A stretch of DNA of 62,235 bases, the filler included, from Chiloscyllium plagiosum (Eukaryota): assembly GCF_004010195.1 (NCBI RefSeq). It is 4 parts of one record of this genome, joined end to end, with 100 filler letters (N's around TTAATTAATTAA, not from the genome) between each part and the next. Parts side by side here need not be neighbours in the genome. Positions count along the whole stretch, not along the records: positions 57,860 to 62,235 come from NC_057715.1; 3 more parts are not named here. One strand, 5' to 3'. This document shows, in pieces, positions 60,495-62,235 of this stretch. Within the stretch, counting starts at the first letter, position 1, and every line of letters starts with the position of its first letter. Under the pieces are notes generated by a model. The model saw only the letters and a list, made by a program, of their open reading frames with translations, ran no database searches and was not told where the DNA came from. Made by a program: the position numbers and the translations under genes.

Positions 60495-61885
60495 TTGAAG
60501 CTTTTTTATCTTGCACTCATCAGAACTGGGATACAAGAAATAGACTTGAAAGAAGGCGCACATTATGTGCCACATGAGATGAGGATGCTAACAGATCAGG
60601 ATATCATTGCCATGGATTGTAGCAAGAATTGTTAAATGTCAAACTTAATTCTCAGATCAGGCAGATTTTGATTGGCCAGCGTGCTGCCATGGGGATGCAA
60701 CAGAGATTGGCCATCTCCAACAATGAACCCTCTTGTTTATGAAAAAGGCAAATTCCTTTTGCCTGCATTAAACAGGCAACATATGTGTAGCTTCTAGCAC
60801 ATGCAAATACATGACACTGAGTCCCACTGATAGTCTTAAATTGGCTTCTGATGCAACTTTTAGCACATCCTGGATTATTTAGTATATTATTTCCAGTTGC
60901 AGAATGACATCTGATGGTGGATATACGTTTGTGAGGCTTACAAACATGGGCTGATTGAGCAACATCAGTATGCTACTTGCTGAAAATGATCAATGGGACA
61001 TATTGTTTGATATGGTCTGCCAGTTATTGGAATGTACATCTTCATACCTGGCATCACTCTGGCACCGAAAGTTCCTATATTACAATACTCTGAGAGTCAT
61101 ACAGCCTGGCAAGAGACCCTTCAGTCAAACTCATCCATGCCAACCAGACATCCCAATCTGACAAAACGCCATTTGTCAGCATTTGCCCCATGCCGCTCTA
61201 AACCTTCCCTAAACATATACCCATCTCGATGCCTTTTAAACGTTGTAATTGTACCAGCCTCCACCACTTTCTCTGACAGCTCCTCATTTGTGTGGTCGGC
61301 AGAATGCCTTTTTAGCTTCATGGCAACATTCTGTTAGTGAGGAAAACCACCCATTGAGTTTACTGCATAGTAGCAATGTGAGACAGCTCGTCTAACCTGT
61401 TGGTCAAATTTATGAGATTTCTCCCCCTTCCAGTGTACTCTATAGTAGACTACACGTGGTTTGGGACCAAAAGAGTTGCATGTTGTACTTTCATTAGATT
61501 GACATTCAGTAAGTAATGATTTGATTAGGGTATCTGTTGTCATGCTGGATAGTTTTGATATGACCTATGTCAAGTCCATGGTGAGCATCTGGCAAGAGAT
61601 ATACAATCAAGGTGGCCAGTAAGGTTGATCATGTATCATGTTGGACCTTGGGAATCTCAACCTGTAAATTGACCAGTGATGTAGGCTTCGGGTAGACAGT
61701 AATTGAGAACCCATTGACAAATTTATCAACTAAAGAGAGATCATTTGATTGCTCCATTACAATGGTAACTTTTAGTCAAGATAGAATTTATGTTAAGAAA
61801 TTCTTCAATGCATCTGTGGATTCAAATATCACAAGCGTGTAATCACCAAATCAAAAATATTTCGGGGGTACGATATTCATGGTCA
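60495..61885 (-). mobile_element. Old PLE (RT thumb, GIY-YIG, pLTR), interrupted by a CR1 3' end at 61092-61283
   Basis: FGPK..VYYRVHWKGEKSHKFDQQVRRAVSHCYYAV; FRCQSDARY..LADHIKQYVP; decayed CTGATGA hammerhead at ~60497-60530. Confidence 0.7.
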
Positions 61886-61886
61886 A

Positions 61887-62095
61887 GGTGCCATGGTGGC
61901 ACAGTGGTTAGCACTGCTGCCTCACAGCGCCAGGGTCCCAGGTTCAATTCCAGCCTCGGGCAACTTTCTGTGTGGGGTTTGCATATTCTCTCCATGTCTG
62001 CGTGGGTTCCCTCTGGATACTCTGCTTTCCTCCCACGGTCTAAAGATGTGCAAATTAGGTGAGTTGGCCATATTAAATTGTCCATAGTAGGTTAG
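61887..62095 (+). mobile_element. HE1-type SINE, 3'-truncated
   Basis: GGTGGCACAGTGGTTAGCACTG..GGTTCAATTCC head. Confidence 0.85.
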
Positions 62096-62097
62096 GT

Positions 62098-62235
62098 GCA
62101 CCTGAACCAGAAGGGCACCAATATCCTGGGGGGTAGGTTTGCGAGCTATCTTCGGGCGGGTTTAAACTAATTTGGCAGGGGGATGGGATCCGGACTTGTA
62201 GTCCAGCAAGTAGGCTAGCTGTTTGTCAGGATGTC
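62098..62235 (+). mobile_element. CR1 ORF1 C-terminus (esterase-like) and start of the inter-ORF region
   Basis: HLNQKGTNILGGRFASYLRAGLN* ending at TTAAACTAA. Confidence 0.75.

Overview
Eukaryotic, repeat-dense genomic DNA with several assembly gaps. The repeat content (HE1-type tRNA SINEs, abundant CR1 LINEs, Deu-domain SINE relics) points to a cartilaginous fish, probably a shark; this is inference. No intact host gene is visible. The only host-gene candidate is a GC-box/Kozak/splice-donor first exon near 57.3-57.4 kb. The rest is nested, mostly decayed transposons: CR1, Rex1/Babar, RTE, one Gypsy LTR element, Harbinger relics, a Tc1/mariner-type MITE and several Penelope-like element (PLE) families, plus a ~2.7 kb 18-bp minisatellite. 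The most notable signal is a set of minimal type I hammerhead ribozyme motifs (CUGANGA-stem II-GAAAC-GUH) from up to five PLE-related families. One of them is a ~130-bp hammerhead module with recurring ends, present many times as a monomer or head-to-head palindrome with 11-15 bp target-site duplications (TSDs). All family names come from reading motifs by eye, not from database searches, and boundaries are approximate.
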